Source: Octopus vulgaris (Eukaryota). From it: a DNA stretch of 64,000 nucleotides. The notes beneath the pieces were generated by a model. The model was not told where the DNA came from and did no database searches. It was given only the letters and a program-made list of their open reading frames with translations. The position numbers and the translations under genes were made by a program. Numbering within the stretch: the stretch's first letter is position 1; each line of letters starts with the position of its first letter. Location of the stretch: contig OX597837.1 of NCBI GenBank assembly GCA_951406725.2, forward strand, positions 47,864,001-47,928,000, given 5' to 3'. Positions 38,568 through 49,916 of the stretch are shown piece by piece.

Positions 38568-39738
38568 CATGTGGAAGATGTTCAGGAGCAATAAACACTG
38601 AAAATGCTCTGAGACCAACTTCTGCCACATTCCAGGGAGAAAAACTAGAAATAGTTGATAGCTTCCGTTACCTAGGTGACCAAGTCAGTAGTGGGGGAGG
38701 GTGCACTGGAAGTGTAGCTGCTAGAATAAGAATAGCCTGGGCAAAGTTCAGAGCACGCTTACCTCCGCTGGTGACAAAAGGCCTCTCGCTCAGAGTAAAA
38801 GGTAGACTGTATGACACGTGTGCGAACAGCCATGCTACATGGCAGTGAAACATGGGCCGTAACTGCTGAGGACATGCATAAGCTTGCAAGGAATGAAGCC
38901 AGTATGCTCCAATGGATGTGTAATGTCAGTATGCATACTCAACAGCATCAGATGTGGTGTGCGAGAGAGACAACTGTGCTGGTATGGTCATGTGGCGAGA
39001 ATGGATGAGGATAGCTGTGTGAAAAAGCGCCACACCCTAGTGGTTGAGGGAACCTGTAGAAGAGGTAGACCCAGGAAGACCTGGGGTGAGGTGGTGAAGC
39101 ACGACCTTCAAACAGTAGGCCTCACCAAGGCAGTGACTAGTGATTGAAACCTTTGGAAATATGCTGTGCTTGAGAAGACCCGGCAAGCCAAGTGAAACCA
39201 TAACCTGTGGCCTATGTCAGGGGTGTAACCAGCCCACTCATGTGTACCTTTCCTTCATTGGACGCTAAATTCTGCTTGCAAAGACCTGTTGAGGCAAGTG
39301 TAATCGAAATTGGAATCAAATTCGATGACTGGCATCCGTGCTAGTGGAGCGCTAAGAGCACCATCCGAGAGTGATCGTTGCCAGAGCAGCTGACTGGCTT
39401 CCGGTGGCACATAAAAAGCACCGTTCGAGTGTGATCGTTACCAGCATCGCCTTACTGGCACTTGTGTCAGTGGCATGTGAAAAAACATTTGAGTGAGGTC
39501 ATTGCCAGAGCTGCTGGACTGGCTCCTGTGCAGGTGGCACGTAAAAAACACCATTTGAGCGTGGCCGTTTACACTAACCCCTGACTGGCCCTTGTGCTGG
39601 TGGCACGTAAAAGCTCCCACTACACTCTCGGAATGGTTGGCATTAGGAAGGGCATCCAGCTGTAGAAACTCTGCCAGATCAGATTGAAGCCTGGTGCAGC
39701 CATCTTGTTTGCCAGTCCTCAGTCAAGTCATCCAACCC
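38568..39738 (+). mobile_element. RTE LINE fragment (subfamily B)
   Basis: CGRCSGAINTEN...FRYLG...WYGHVARMDED; 3' UTR with ~65-bp repeats; terminal tail missing. Confidence 0.9.
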
Positions 39739-40099
39739 AAGATTATAACTTCTTCATACAACCTTATTCATCCATATGCATTGCATATCCATCTCGTATT
39801 TTAGTCATGTCTCTTGAGTTGAAATCTTGCCCTGGTCAACTTTGTTTTATTCTCTAACTTCAATAAAATAAGTACCAACTTCTGTGTCTGTCTGTAAGCA
39901 GTCACAATCAACTATACGCTTGAACCTAGCACTGCACAATGGCCTAAATTCAATGATTAATACTAGTAAAATATAAAAATTTCTTTACACCTCTTCAAAT
40001 TGGTTGTTAGCAAGATTTCCAGTAAACGGTTTTTATGTAATTTACAAATTCTTTATTATAGTTGATGGTGACATTTCACTGTTTTATTTCTTCTTCCAG

Positions 40100-40197
40100 A
40101 ATGGTTTGTTGGGAGCTTTCCAGAAACTGATTGCTTCCAAAGCCAATGACCATGAAGGGTTTTACCTCCTCAATTACATCATAGAATTCCTTCCACA
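40100..40197 (+). CDS. CSE1L: Exportin-2 exon o
   Basis: cag|AATGGT...CCACA|gtaagt; NGLLGAFQKLIASKANDHEGFYLLNYIIEFLP. Confidence 0.96.
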
Positions 40198-40596
40198 GTA
40201 AGTAATGTGCCTCTCTCTTCCTATCCTCTCTCCTACTGTTTGCTATTTCTTTTTCTCCCCCTCCCCTTCCTTCTTCCGCTTCTATTTACATTCCTCTCTC
40301 AAGAAGTATTGCTCTTCACTCTCTTCTTTCTGTTTATCTTTCTTTCTCATTTCCCCCACCTCTTATATCCCACTCGCTTTCTCTCTCTTTCTATTTATAA
40401 TATAAACTAGTTTATATTCTTTTGAATATGTAAGTGTTGCTCTTTTCTGTGCTAACTTATTTCCACAGTCACTCATGAGAATTAGCATATATGAAACTAA
40501 TAAGTATGAGGAGGATGTCTGGTTGTGGGGGTGTTCTGTTGTGTACATAACACAGTTTACCCACATGCACCATACCACACTGCATCATACACTGTA

Positions 40597-40912
40597 TCAC
40601 AACAACATATAGGTGACACTCCATTGGTTACAGCGACGTGGATTCCAGTTCATCTGATCGATGGAACAGCCTGCTCGTGAAATTAATGTGGAAGTGGTTG
40701 AACACTCCACAGACATGTGTACCCTTAATGTAGTTCTTGGGGGAGGATTCAGTGTGACATAGAGTGTGACAAGGCTGGCCCTTCGAAATGCAGGTGACAA
40801 AGAAACAGGAAGAAAGAGCGAGAGAATGTTGTGAAAGAGTACAGCAGGGTTCGCCACCACCCCCTACCGGAGCCTTGTGGAGCTTTAGGTGTTTTTGCTC
40901 AATAAACACTCA
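40597..40912. mobile_element. GC-richer interspersed repeat, SINE-like
   Basis: Compositionally distinct block; resembles a common octopod repeat from memory only; single copy in window. Confidence 0.45.
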
Positions 40913-41081
40913 ATTCTTTAAAAGCACACTCAATCTGATAAGCTTCAAGAGAGTTTTCATTCCCCCAATTTCACATGGGTCAGACCACCCTTATGTCAGG
41001 TACTGTGCAAATGATTAAACCTTGGATTAATTTGATCATGATTGCACTTACACCAACATACACCTCTCTTTTATATACATA

Positions 41082-41700
41082 CTAGCAATGCATCCCAGCA
41101 TTGCCAGGGTTTATGACCTTCAAGCACATTGTATTATTTGCTCCTTTCTTATGGGCAGAACCGGCACAGCTGATACATAGTTAATGGAATAATGGAAGTT
41201 ATTGTTTGTTTAATAGTGTAGGACGAAGGTACAATTTGCATGAAAGTGCTTTCTGTTCTTATGAAGGATCAGATACTATGTATTGTTTTATTGTATAAAA
41301 GGGGGTTAATATGATTTTGTCCAGAAATCACATTTTCTATATCTAAATTTCCACCTATCCCCATTGCAGTTTCTTAATTTGTAACCTTTTTTTCGAATTT
41401 TTTTGTTATCTACATAGAAAAATACTGAGATTACAAATCTGGGAAATATATATATATATGTATACATATTTTTTATAGTTTAATTCTTCTTAAAGAAACA
41501 TTCAGTGCCCCTTCTTCCAGCTTACCCACCCAACACCTACCAGCTTTCAAAAAGCTAAAATCTCCCAATCTTTCACTTTTGACTGATGTTTCCTGCATGC
41601 GTAGAATTCTACTGAAATAGTAGACTTAAAAAATACCAGACCACCACCAGAAAACCTGACATGCTAGAAAAAACAGGTAAACGAACATTATTTCTGAATA
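41082..41700 (-). mobile_element. Non-autonomous Helitron-like 3' end
   Basis: Minus strand: hairpin ccctggcaatgctggg, then atgcattg-CTAG-T (CTAG at 41082-41085), same layout as the 26022 end; upstream extent uncertain. Confidence 0.55.
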
Positions 41701-42491
41701 CACACACATGTATTAGATTATCAAGTTGAAAATATTGGTAATTGCATAAACAAGGTGTGGAAGCATATAAGCATATAGAAACAAGTGAGCAAATAAGCAG
41801 ATTGTCAATAAAGCGAATGGGTGTGCAAATGCTAATTCCTTATGGCTGTTTCTGCCAAGAAGCAACAATCTTCTAGGTTATTTCCATCTCTTCAGTGTTA
41901 TGCAGGGATGAGCAGATAAGGCTTGGATAATGAATGTGCCCCTAGGCTTCTTCAGAGGGTCTAATTGGTTGTGGGTGCTAACACATATAAAAGTCAGTTA
42001 ATAATAGCTACAGTGTGTTTGTGCTTTTAAATAGAGTAGAATAAGAGTAAGAATAAGAACAAGCATGAGAATACAAGTGAAGTACAACACAGTACAATTA
42101 TTTAGGTATAGCAAGGGGAAATAAGATACAGACTTCCCGTAATATAAGCTCCATGTTATTTCATCCACTGGTGGGTTGGTGAATATAGTCGTTCTCAGGA
42201 GGAGTTTTTTCAGGAAGGGTAATTTTAGGCAGTAGTTCCCATTATGTTTTCATAGAAGTTCAGTGGTGGGTTTGATGGTATGGTCCGTGTTATTGAGGTG
42301 CAAGTTTATATATAAAGTGCCAGTTAGTGGGTGTAACTTTGCAGAGAGCATGGCACAAGCAATTTATGATGAACCCATCTTGGGAAATTTGGTACCAGAG
42401 TATATCAATGAGAGAAAGCAAACCATTGATATACATTTATTTTTACCATTCTGATTGTACTTTTTAATTTACTTTTATTTTTGCTTTTCAG

Positions 42492-42577
42492 AGATGTCAT
42501 CTCCCCATACATCAACCAAATCTTTATGCTTCTATTCCAACGTCTTCAGAGTTCTAAAACAACCAAATATATCAAGA
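42492..42577 (+). CDS. CSE1L: Exportin-2 exon p
   Basis: cag|AGATGTC...AAGA|gtaagt; DVISPYINQIFMLLFQRLQSSKTTKYIK. Confidence 0.95.
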
Positions 42578-43182
42578 GTAAGTTACCATGTTCTTCAGGA
42601 AGGCTTGCCAACTATTTATTCTGCAAGCTTGTTGCCTGGAACTGCTTCTGTCATCACATTTGTGCAATAAAATAACTTTTTAGAATTCCCTTGCCCCTAC
42701 TGCAGTCGGGTTTTGTTGAAGAGTAAGGGTGAGGTAAAACTAATAGCTTTAATTTTTTTTGTCGTGCTAAGAAGATTGTATGTGAGTGTTCTCCATTGTG
42801 AAGATTCATCATCATCATTTTTTTGTTTGCTTTCCAATTTTGGCTAGATTTCAAGCATGATCTTGAGGCAGTATTCCATGCCTTTTCCCTTGCCAATCCT
42901 TGCTTTTTAAGTAAAATACTTTTATTCTACTGGCCAGATTATGAAATTGATGAAACCACTGAGACATAGAATGTGTTGTTTATGGGAGACATAAGCAGGT
43001 GACTCATTGCTTGAGCTGTGCATATCTTTATAGTTTTAATGAGAGAATGTGGAATAGCATTCGCACCCATATATATAACAGTTGCTTCCCAACCATATGG
43101 TTTCAGGTTCAGGCCCACACTTTGGTACCTTGAGCAAGCAGACAGAAGCCTGTCGAGCATATGTATGTGTATGTATAATAAA

Positions 43183-43223
<41 letters not shown>

Positions 43224-43323
43224 GTATGTATTCAAATATTAATTTTAATAATAAAGGGTAAAATCAATAATGATTTTACCAGGTAGCCAGTGCGGAAATA
43301 AAAACCTTATAGATGAATTTTAC

Positions 43324-43790
43324 AAAATATTTTATAATTATATACATGATTATAACAAGGGGTTGGATTTATGCTTCACCACTCACTGTAAGAAATAGAT
43401 ACTAAAGTCCTTCTTACCACTTTAAAATCTCTGAGAATAGCACACTTTATTGTAGGCAAACAAAAGAAAAATAATGAATCAATAAGGATGGTTAACTATG
43501 AAAGTGTTTTAAACTTAAAGTAAAAAATGATGTTACTTACTGTTTCTCATCAGCATAGTATTCAGTATAAGTTTACAAGTATTTCAAAATATGCATGCGA
43601 TCGGCATCATCGCATGTCCAATAGCTATCCACATTCATAAAGATATACCTCCGAGTATAATTCATATCTTTCTTTTGGTTGCCTACAATAAAGTGTGTTA
43701 TTCTTGGAGATTTTAAGGTGATCTTATGGTGCGTGGTGAGGCATAAAGCCGAACCTTTGTTATAATTATTTATATAACTATAAAATATTT
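43324..43790. repeat. Diverged inverted repeat (about 140-155 bp arms), probably Penelope pLTR-derived
   Basis: 43324-43480 aligns to the reverse complement of 43655-43790 (e.g. cacactttattgtaggcaa.caaaagaaa) with one ~22-bp indel. Confidence 0.75.
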
Positions 43791-43805
43791 ATATATACAT
43801 ATATA

Positions 43806-43838
<33 letters not shown>

Positions 43839-43849
43839 TTGTATATATA

Positions 43850-43882
<33 letters not shown>

Positions 43883-44070
43883 GTGTGTGTATATGTATGT
43901 ATATATGTGTATGTGTGTGTGTGTATATGTATGTATATATGTATAAGTGTATGTGTGTGTGTGTATATGTATGTATATATGTATAAGTGTATGTGTGTGT
44001 GTGTGTATATGTATGTATATATGTATAAGTGTATGTGTGTGTGTGTATATATATATATATGTATATGTTT
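43790..44070. repeat. Compound (TA)/(TG) microsatellite with a higher-order ~38-40 bp unit
   Basis: tatgtatgtatatatgtataagtgtatgtgtgtgtg(tg)n repeated about 3 times. Confidence 0.9.
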
Positions 44071-44075
44071 GTAAC

Positions 44076-44456
44076 AATAAATCTCTGAGCAAGTTGTAAA
44101 CAGCTGCACAACATTGTGAAGTATATTTTCCACCTAAATGTGGCTAACGCTTAAGGGTCGATGCTACTGTATCTTGTAACCCCAGGAAGACATCTCCTCC
44201 AGCTGGCTATTGACACACTATCTGTGCCCTATCAGTATTTACAAAGGGAAGTCATTGTTCCCATCTCCAGCCTGATGTGATACACACGGACCCGAGTTTC
44301 TGGGTATTGACCCATCATCAGCGTGTGACAACCACCGGTTGGCGATGGGAAGTGGTTCTCAATGCAAATATATATACTTTTTCCAACGACGAAAAATCAC
44401 TGATCTTGAAAAAGTGGAAACAAGCAATAATAAATCTCTGAGCGAGTTATAAACAG
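44076..44456 (-). mobile_element. 353-bp hammerhead-bearing unit with 28-bp terminal redundancy (retrozyme/pLTR-like)
   Basis: aataaatctctgagc(a/g)agtt(g/a)taaacag at 44076-44103 and 44429-44456. Confidence 0.7.
44283..44327 (-). ncRNA. Minimal type I hammerhead ribozyme
   Basis: Minus strand CACACG-CUGAUGA-UGGGU-CAAU-ACCCA-GAAA-CUCGGG-UC^CGUGUG: 6-bp stem I, intact core, 5-bp stem II, short near-palindromic stem III, GUC cleavage triplet. Confidence 0.88.
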
Positions 44457-44459
44457 TAG

Positions 44460-45060
44460 CTGTAGGTAAAGAATATTTGCCAAGTTGGCAAATAATCTTT
44501 ATTCAGTGTTCTCCTGTTAAAAATTTTATAGAACTTACGGCTACTTTGAAAATATTTAGAAATTAGTTTCAAGAATTCCCTACCTATATTTGTTTATACG
44601 GCAATATTAAATTCTGGATGAAACCACAAAACTTTCCTAGTTCTAATTCTACATGGTCTATTATTGCTAGAATTAGTCTGACTATACTGGATCTTCTCCA
44701 AGAATCCACTGTTCCTTAATGCATTATTATAATGCGGTTGGGCATTTTGAAATGTTGTCTCACCTGAAGATATGAAGGATATGCACCTTCCTATATTACT
44801 AACTAGGTTCTTAAAAATTAAGGGTGGATGATTTGATTCTTTCTTAATATAAAATAGCTTTTCATTGGGCCTACCGTACAGTTTAAATTTAATTGCAAAT
44901 ATAAGGTAATATCTAAACAAAATATATGTTATTAAGGTTACTTTCTGTCGTAATCCGTAAGCCAATTCTTTGTAAGAAAGTAATCAGATTCTTCCTAAGT
45001 TTATCTAACTCATGGCCGTTTAAATTACAGTTGACTATAAGACAGTTATCCCTGTATAGT
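44460..45060 (-). mobile_element. Penelope-like element ORF fragment (RT thumb/linker)
   Basis: YIKKESNHPP..FKNL...YNNALRNSGF...RKVLWFHPEF...NIGREFLKLI...KIFNR, typical of PLE RT/GIY-YIG linker regions. Confidence 0.8.
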
Positions 45061-46414
45061 CCTGTATTTATAAAAGGGAATTCTAGATGCATATATACAT
45101 GTATATATCATCATCATTATCATCGTTATTTAATGTCTGTTTTCCAAGGTAGCATGGGTTGGATGGCTTGACTGAGGACTGGCAAGCCAGAACGCTGTAC
45201 CAGGCTCCAATCTGATCTGGCAAAGTTTCTACAGCTGGATGCCCTTCCTAATGTCAACCACTCTGAGAGTGTAGTGGTTAGTGCATGGGTTTCCCTCTTT
45301 TTACAAGAAAAGCAAGGCCAGTACATTTGAGGAATGCAGCCAGGTTGAGGACTTGTTAGCAAAGATCAAAAGTGATCAGGCTACTGGTTCTATTTGTTTC
45401 AGTGGCTATATCATTCCAATATTTTACCTTAGAATGTGTGGGTTAAATGGGTATCCTGGTAATGCAGCAAACAATATTTGTCTACAAGGGCAGATGAAGT
45501 CACAATGATTTCCTTTTCTGGTGACAGGAGGCTACAGTTCAACTTAAAAAGGGCAGAACTGAAACAAATATTTCCTTTAATATTTTAACATTCTGTCAAC
45601 TCACTGTCTTCAAAGGATATTTAATTTATTGACCATAGAAGTATGAAAGGCAGAGTTGACCTAGGTGGGTTTTGAACTCAAAGTACAGAAACTGGAATAA
45701 ATACAAGGCATTTATCCACTGTTCTGGCTTTATCAGTCTGAAACCTCCCCAAAAATACGCCGTTAGATTGTTTATTCCTGTGAGTTATGAGTTCATAGGC
45801 ATGGACATAGTAACACATGTATGTGGTTAAGAAATTTGCTTTATAACCTCTTGGTTCAATCCCACCCCACAACACTCAAGGTAAGTGTCTTCTATCATGA
45901 CTTTATGTTGATCAATATATTCTTAGTGAAATTTAATAGACAGAAATTCTGTGCAACATCTCTTGTATGTGTGCATCTTTGTTTGTGTGCATGTGCACAC
46001 ATTGTGAAAGTACATGGTCTGATGTTTAAGGTATTGATCTTCTGATTATAATATTGAGGGATTTATTCCTGGACTGAATGGCATATTGTGTCTGTGGATA
46101 AGGTACATCACTTCTGTTATTCCAACTGAAAATAAGCTATGTCTGCTGGAGAGTGGTGCCTCTGCAGACTATTAGACCAAAATCTTGAAGATACAGGATG
46201 TTAGCAGACCTTAATAGCTAAAGCACACTGGATGATGATGTGTGTACCTGTAAAAGAAATGTATATCATTGAGAAACAGCTGATAAATTGATGTATCAAA
46301 CAAAAATATATTTGGTAGTGTTTAGGCTTTCCTATCCTTTTGTCACCATCTGTTATACAACAATAGAACTATTGGAAACTCATGATTATTGATACTGGCA
46401 TTCATTAATGTTTG

Positions 46415-46690
46415 AAATCATCATCATCATCATCATCGTTTAGCGTCCGCTTTCCATGCTAGCATGGGTTGGATGGTTCAACTGAGGTCTGGGAAGCCAG
46501 AAGGCTGCACCAGGCCCAGTCTGATCTGGCAGTGTTTCTACGGCTGGATGCCCTTCCTAACGCCAACCACTCCATGAATGTAGTGGGTGCTTTTTACATG
46601 CCACCGGCACAGGTGCCAAACGAGTCTGGCAAACAGCCATGATCGGATGGTGCTTTTTACGTGCCACCAGCACGGGGGTCAGGTGAGGCT
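46415..46690 (-). mobile_element. RTE LINE 3' tail fragment
   Basis: (CAT)n plus conserved tail. Confidence 0.88.
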
Positions 46691-47062
46691 GAAAATAAAT
46701 ATATTGAGAAATGAAGGAAGAGAACAAAGGGTAGGTGGTATTCTGAAGTCTTGTTGTGAATAAATTCCCTAATTCTAGTGGAATGATAAAAAACATGCAA
46801 TCTATGATAAAAAGTGGTTTGTGAAGTGAGGACATACATCTATAGAAACTATTGAAATAATGTTAGATACAACAACAGATTTTAATTCAAAATTTATGGA
46901 AACAAGACATTTGTACAACAGAGCCAGAAGTGGTTTCAGCCGAGTTGGTATCAAAAGAGTTAACAAATAAGTTTTCTTCTTTTTAAAAAGAACAACTGGT
47001 ATATTATATTAATGAATAATTTTGTCTATGTGTGTCTGTGTGTATAATTACCTGTATTTTTA

Positions 47063-47925
47063 AGTACCTTAAGAGAAAAGTTGGACCTGAGAAGCATCAG
47101 ATGTGGCGTGCGAGAGAGACGACTGTGCTGGTATGGTCATGTGGCGAGAATGGATGAGGACAGCTGTGTGAAAAAGTATCACATCCTAGCAGTTGAAGGA
47201 ACCTGTGGAAGAGGTAGACCCAGGAAGACCTGGGATGAGGTGGTGAAGCATGACCTTCGAACATTGGGCCTCACCGAGGCAATGACTAGTGACCAGGACC
47301 TTAGGAAATATGCTGTGCTTGAGAAGACTTGGCAAGCCCAGTGAGACCATAACCTCGTGGCCTATGTCAGGGGGTGTAACCAACCTACTTATGCGTAACT
47401 TTCTTTCATTGGACACTAAATTCTGCTTGCGAAGACTTGTGGAGGCAAGTGAAATCGAAATCAAATTCGATGACTGGCATCCGTGCTAGTGGAGTGCTAA
47501 GAGTACCATCCGAGCATGATCATTGCCAGAGCAGCAGACTGGCCTCTGTGCCGGTGGCACATAAAAAGCACCATTTGAGCGTGATCGTTACCTGTATTGC
47601 CGTGCTGGCACCTGTGCTGGTGGCATGTGAAAAAACATTTGAGAGGGTCGTTGCCAGTGCTGCTGGACTGGCTCCTGTGCAGGTGGCACATGAAAAGCAC
47701 TATTTGAGCTTGGTCGTTGCTAGTACTGCCTGACTGGCCCACATGCTGGTGGCATGCAAAAGCACCCACTACACTCTCGGAGTGGTTGGCATTAGGAAGG
47801 GCATCCAGCTGTAGAAACTCTGCCAGATCAGATTGGAGCCTGGTGCAGCCATCTGGTTCGCCAGACCTCAGTCAAATCGTCCAACTCATGCTAGCATGGA
47901 AAGCGGACGTTAAATGATGATGAGG
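47063..47925 (+). mobile_element. RTE LINE 3' fragment (subfamily B)
   Basis: ORF 47081-47344 RRLCWYGHVARMDED...GRGRPRKTW; ~65-bp UTR repeats; (GAT)n tail. Confidence 0.92.
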
Positions 47926-48544
47926 ATTTTAAGATGACTTAAGGATCTGTAGCTAAGCGGTTTTGAAGATTGAAACCTGAAAATTGTAATAAATAGAAGT
48001 TTTGAATTCACAGCCTGTTTTAGTGGATATCATTATTGTCATCATCATTTTTACACCTTCTCTTTCTATGCTACCATTGGTGTGAGGAGACTTGTTAAAG
48101 AACAGCCTCACCATTCCTCAGAATGTTTCAATTGAAAGATAAAGATACACATATAATGGGCTAAACAGTAAGATTAACTTTGAACCATATAGCCATGCTT
48201 GTAGCTAGCACATGTAAAATTATATGAAACTTCAAGAGGCTCAGTGTCTGGCCTTGGCTGATCAGACTGTAATGTGGGAGAAGACTGCAGAAAGTAAAAC
48301 ACTTTGTGTTCTTATTAAAACAATTGGATAAGATCTGAGGGAGTTTGACTGCTATTACTAGCAGTTATGTTGCAGTTTCTTTGATTGCTCATATTTAAAT
48401 TATTAGACTTTTGCATTTTTACTGAGATTATCTCTGGTTCGGAGTATGCTAATCAAAAAATTGTGTGTTCATATATTTGTTTCTGTGAATGCATTTAATT
48501 CTCTTTTATTACCTTCTCTCTCTGTCTCTTTTTTTTTTTATCAG

Positions 48545-48626
48545 GTTTGCTGGTATTTTTTAGTCTTTTTGCCATTAAATATGAAGCCAGTGTCTTAATA
48601 CAAACCATTGACAATATCCAAGCAAA
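48545..48626 (+). CDS. CSE1L: Exportin-2 exon q
   Basis: cag|GTTTGCTG...GCAAA|gtaagt; SLLVFFSLFAIKYEASVLIQTIDNIQAK. Confidence 0.93.
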
Positions 48627-49916
48627 GTAAGTATTCACTCTGTTTGTACCATCTTTTTCCTTTTCTCCCTCCACACACCCATACATTCCAATTTCTCCCT
48701 CCCTTCACTGATAGCTACAGCAATTGGCATCACCTGAGCAACATCTCCCTTTTTTTCAAATTGAGGTTTTACAGTTTTTTTCTTGTAAACAATACAATGT
48801 AGTGTTTGTCTGAATGCAGATTGTGGTGATCTTATTAACACATGCTGTTCTTACTCCCAACACTTGCTGTAGTGTTCTCAACATATTGTAACATGTTTTT
48901 TAGAAAACATCCTGTAGTTTTCATCTCAATACATTTATCTGTAACATTTGTCTAAACACACACACACATACATTTATTATTTTACTTTTTCTATGTTAGC
49001 ACAAGTTAGATAGTTAAAAAAATTATTGAAGTAGTGTTTTACAACTGGATGCCATTCCATGTTTCTATCTTTTACCAAATAAGACATCTCTTGTTTCACA
49101 CATCTTCAAAGGCACCAAGCGTGTAATTTGTTAACAAAGGAAGGGATAACAACAACACAGTTCACAGTGAATGACTTATGTAGATCCCAAATGGAAACAC
49201 ACACACACAACCATCATCATCATCACCATTTAACATCTGTTTTCCATGCTAGCATCAGTTGGATGGCTTGACAGGAGCTGGTGAGTGTAGGGGCTGCACC
49301 AGGTTCCATACTTTCTTTTTGGCTTAGTTTCTACAGCTGGATACCCTTTCGATTACCAACCACTCCACAGACTGTCCTGGGTACTTTTTAGTGGCACCAT
49401 CACCTGTGCCGTTTACATGACACCAGCACCAGTGCTTTTTATGTGGCACTGTCACCATTGCTTTTTACATGGTGCCATCACTAGTTCACAGGTACCATTA
49501 ACGTGGCACCAGTACCGGTGCTTTTTACATAGCACTGTGGTTTTAGGATATCAGTTCTGTTATAGAGGACAAGGCTTCTTGAGTACAGTAATGCACCATA
49601 TATCTTGGTACTTTGTCATCTTCTTTGTAATGCTAAGCATTTTCAGATTGGCATTCCCATGTGTTTTGTCCCATGTTTTCCTGGCTTCCCTCTTCCACAA
49701 CTTCTATCTACTTATCTATTTACATCACATTACCAAACTAGCAGTCTTCTCTCATGCACATTACAACTAATTCCTCTTATGTTTAACTTTTCTCTAAATA
49801 CAGTTGCATTCTGTTGTACACTGACATTGCACATCCAGCAGCACATACCAAATTTGTGACTCTCTAATCTCCACATGTCCTCAGCATTCAGCCTCAGTCC
49901 CACTATTATGATATAT

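Noticed and set aside
43770-44133. Long His/Thr/Tyr/Ile-rich ORFs
   Set aside because: Translation artefacts of (TA)/(TG) microsatellites
47475-47770. Regularly spaced repeats resembling a CRISPR array
   Set aside because: The units are diverged tandem repeats without unique spacers, lie in a LINE 3' UTR of a eukaryotic genome, and no cas genes are present
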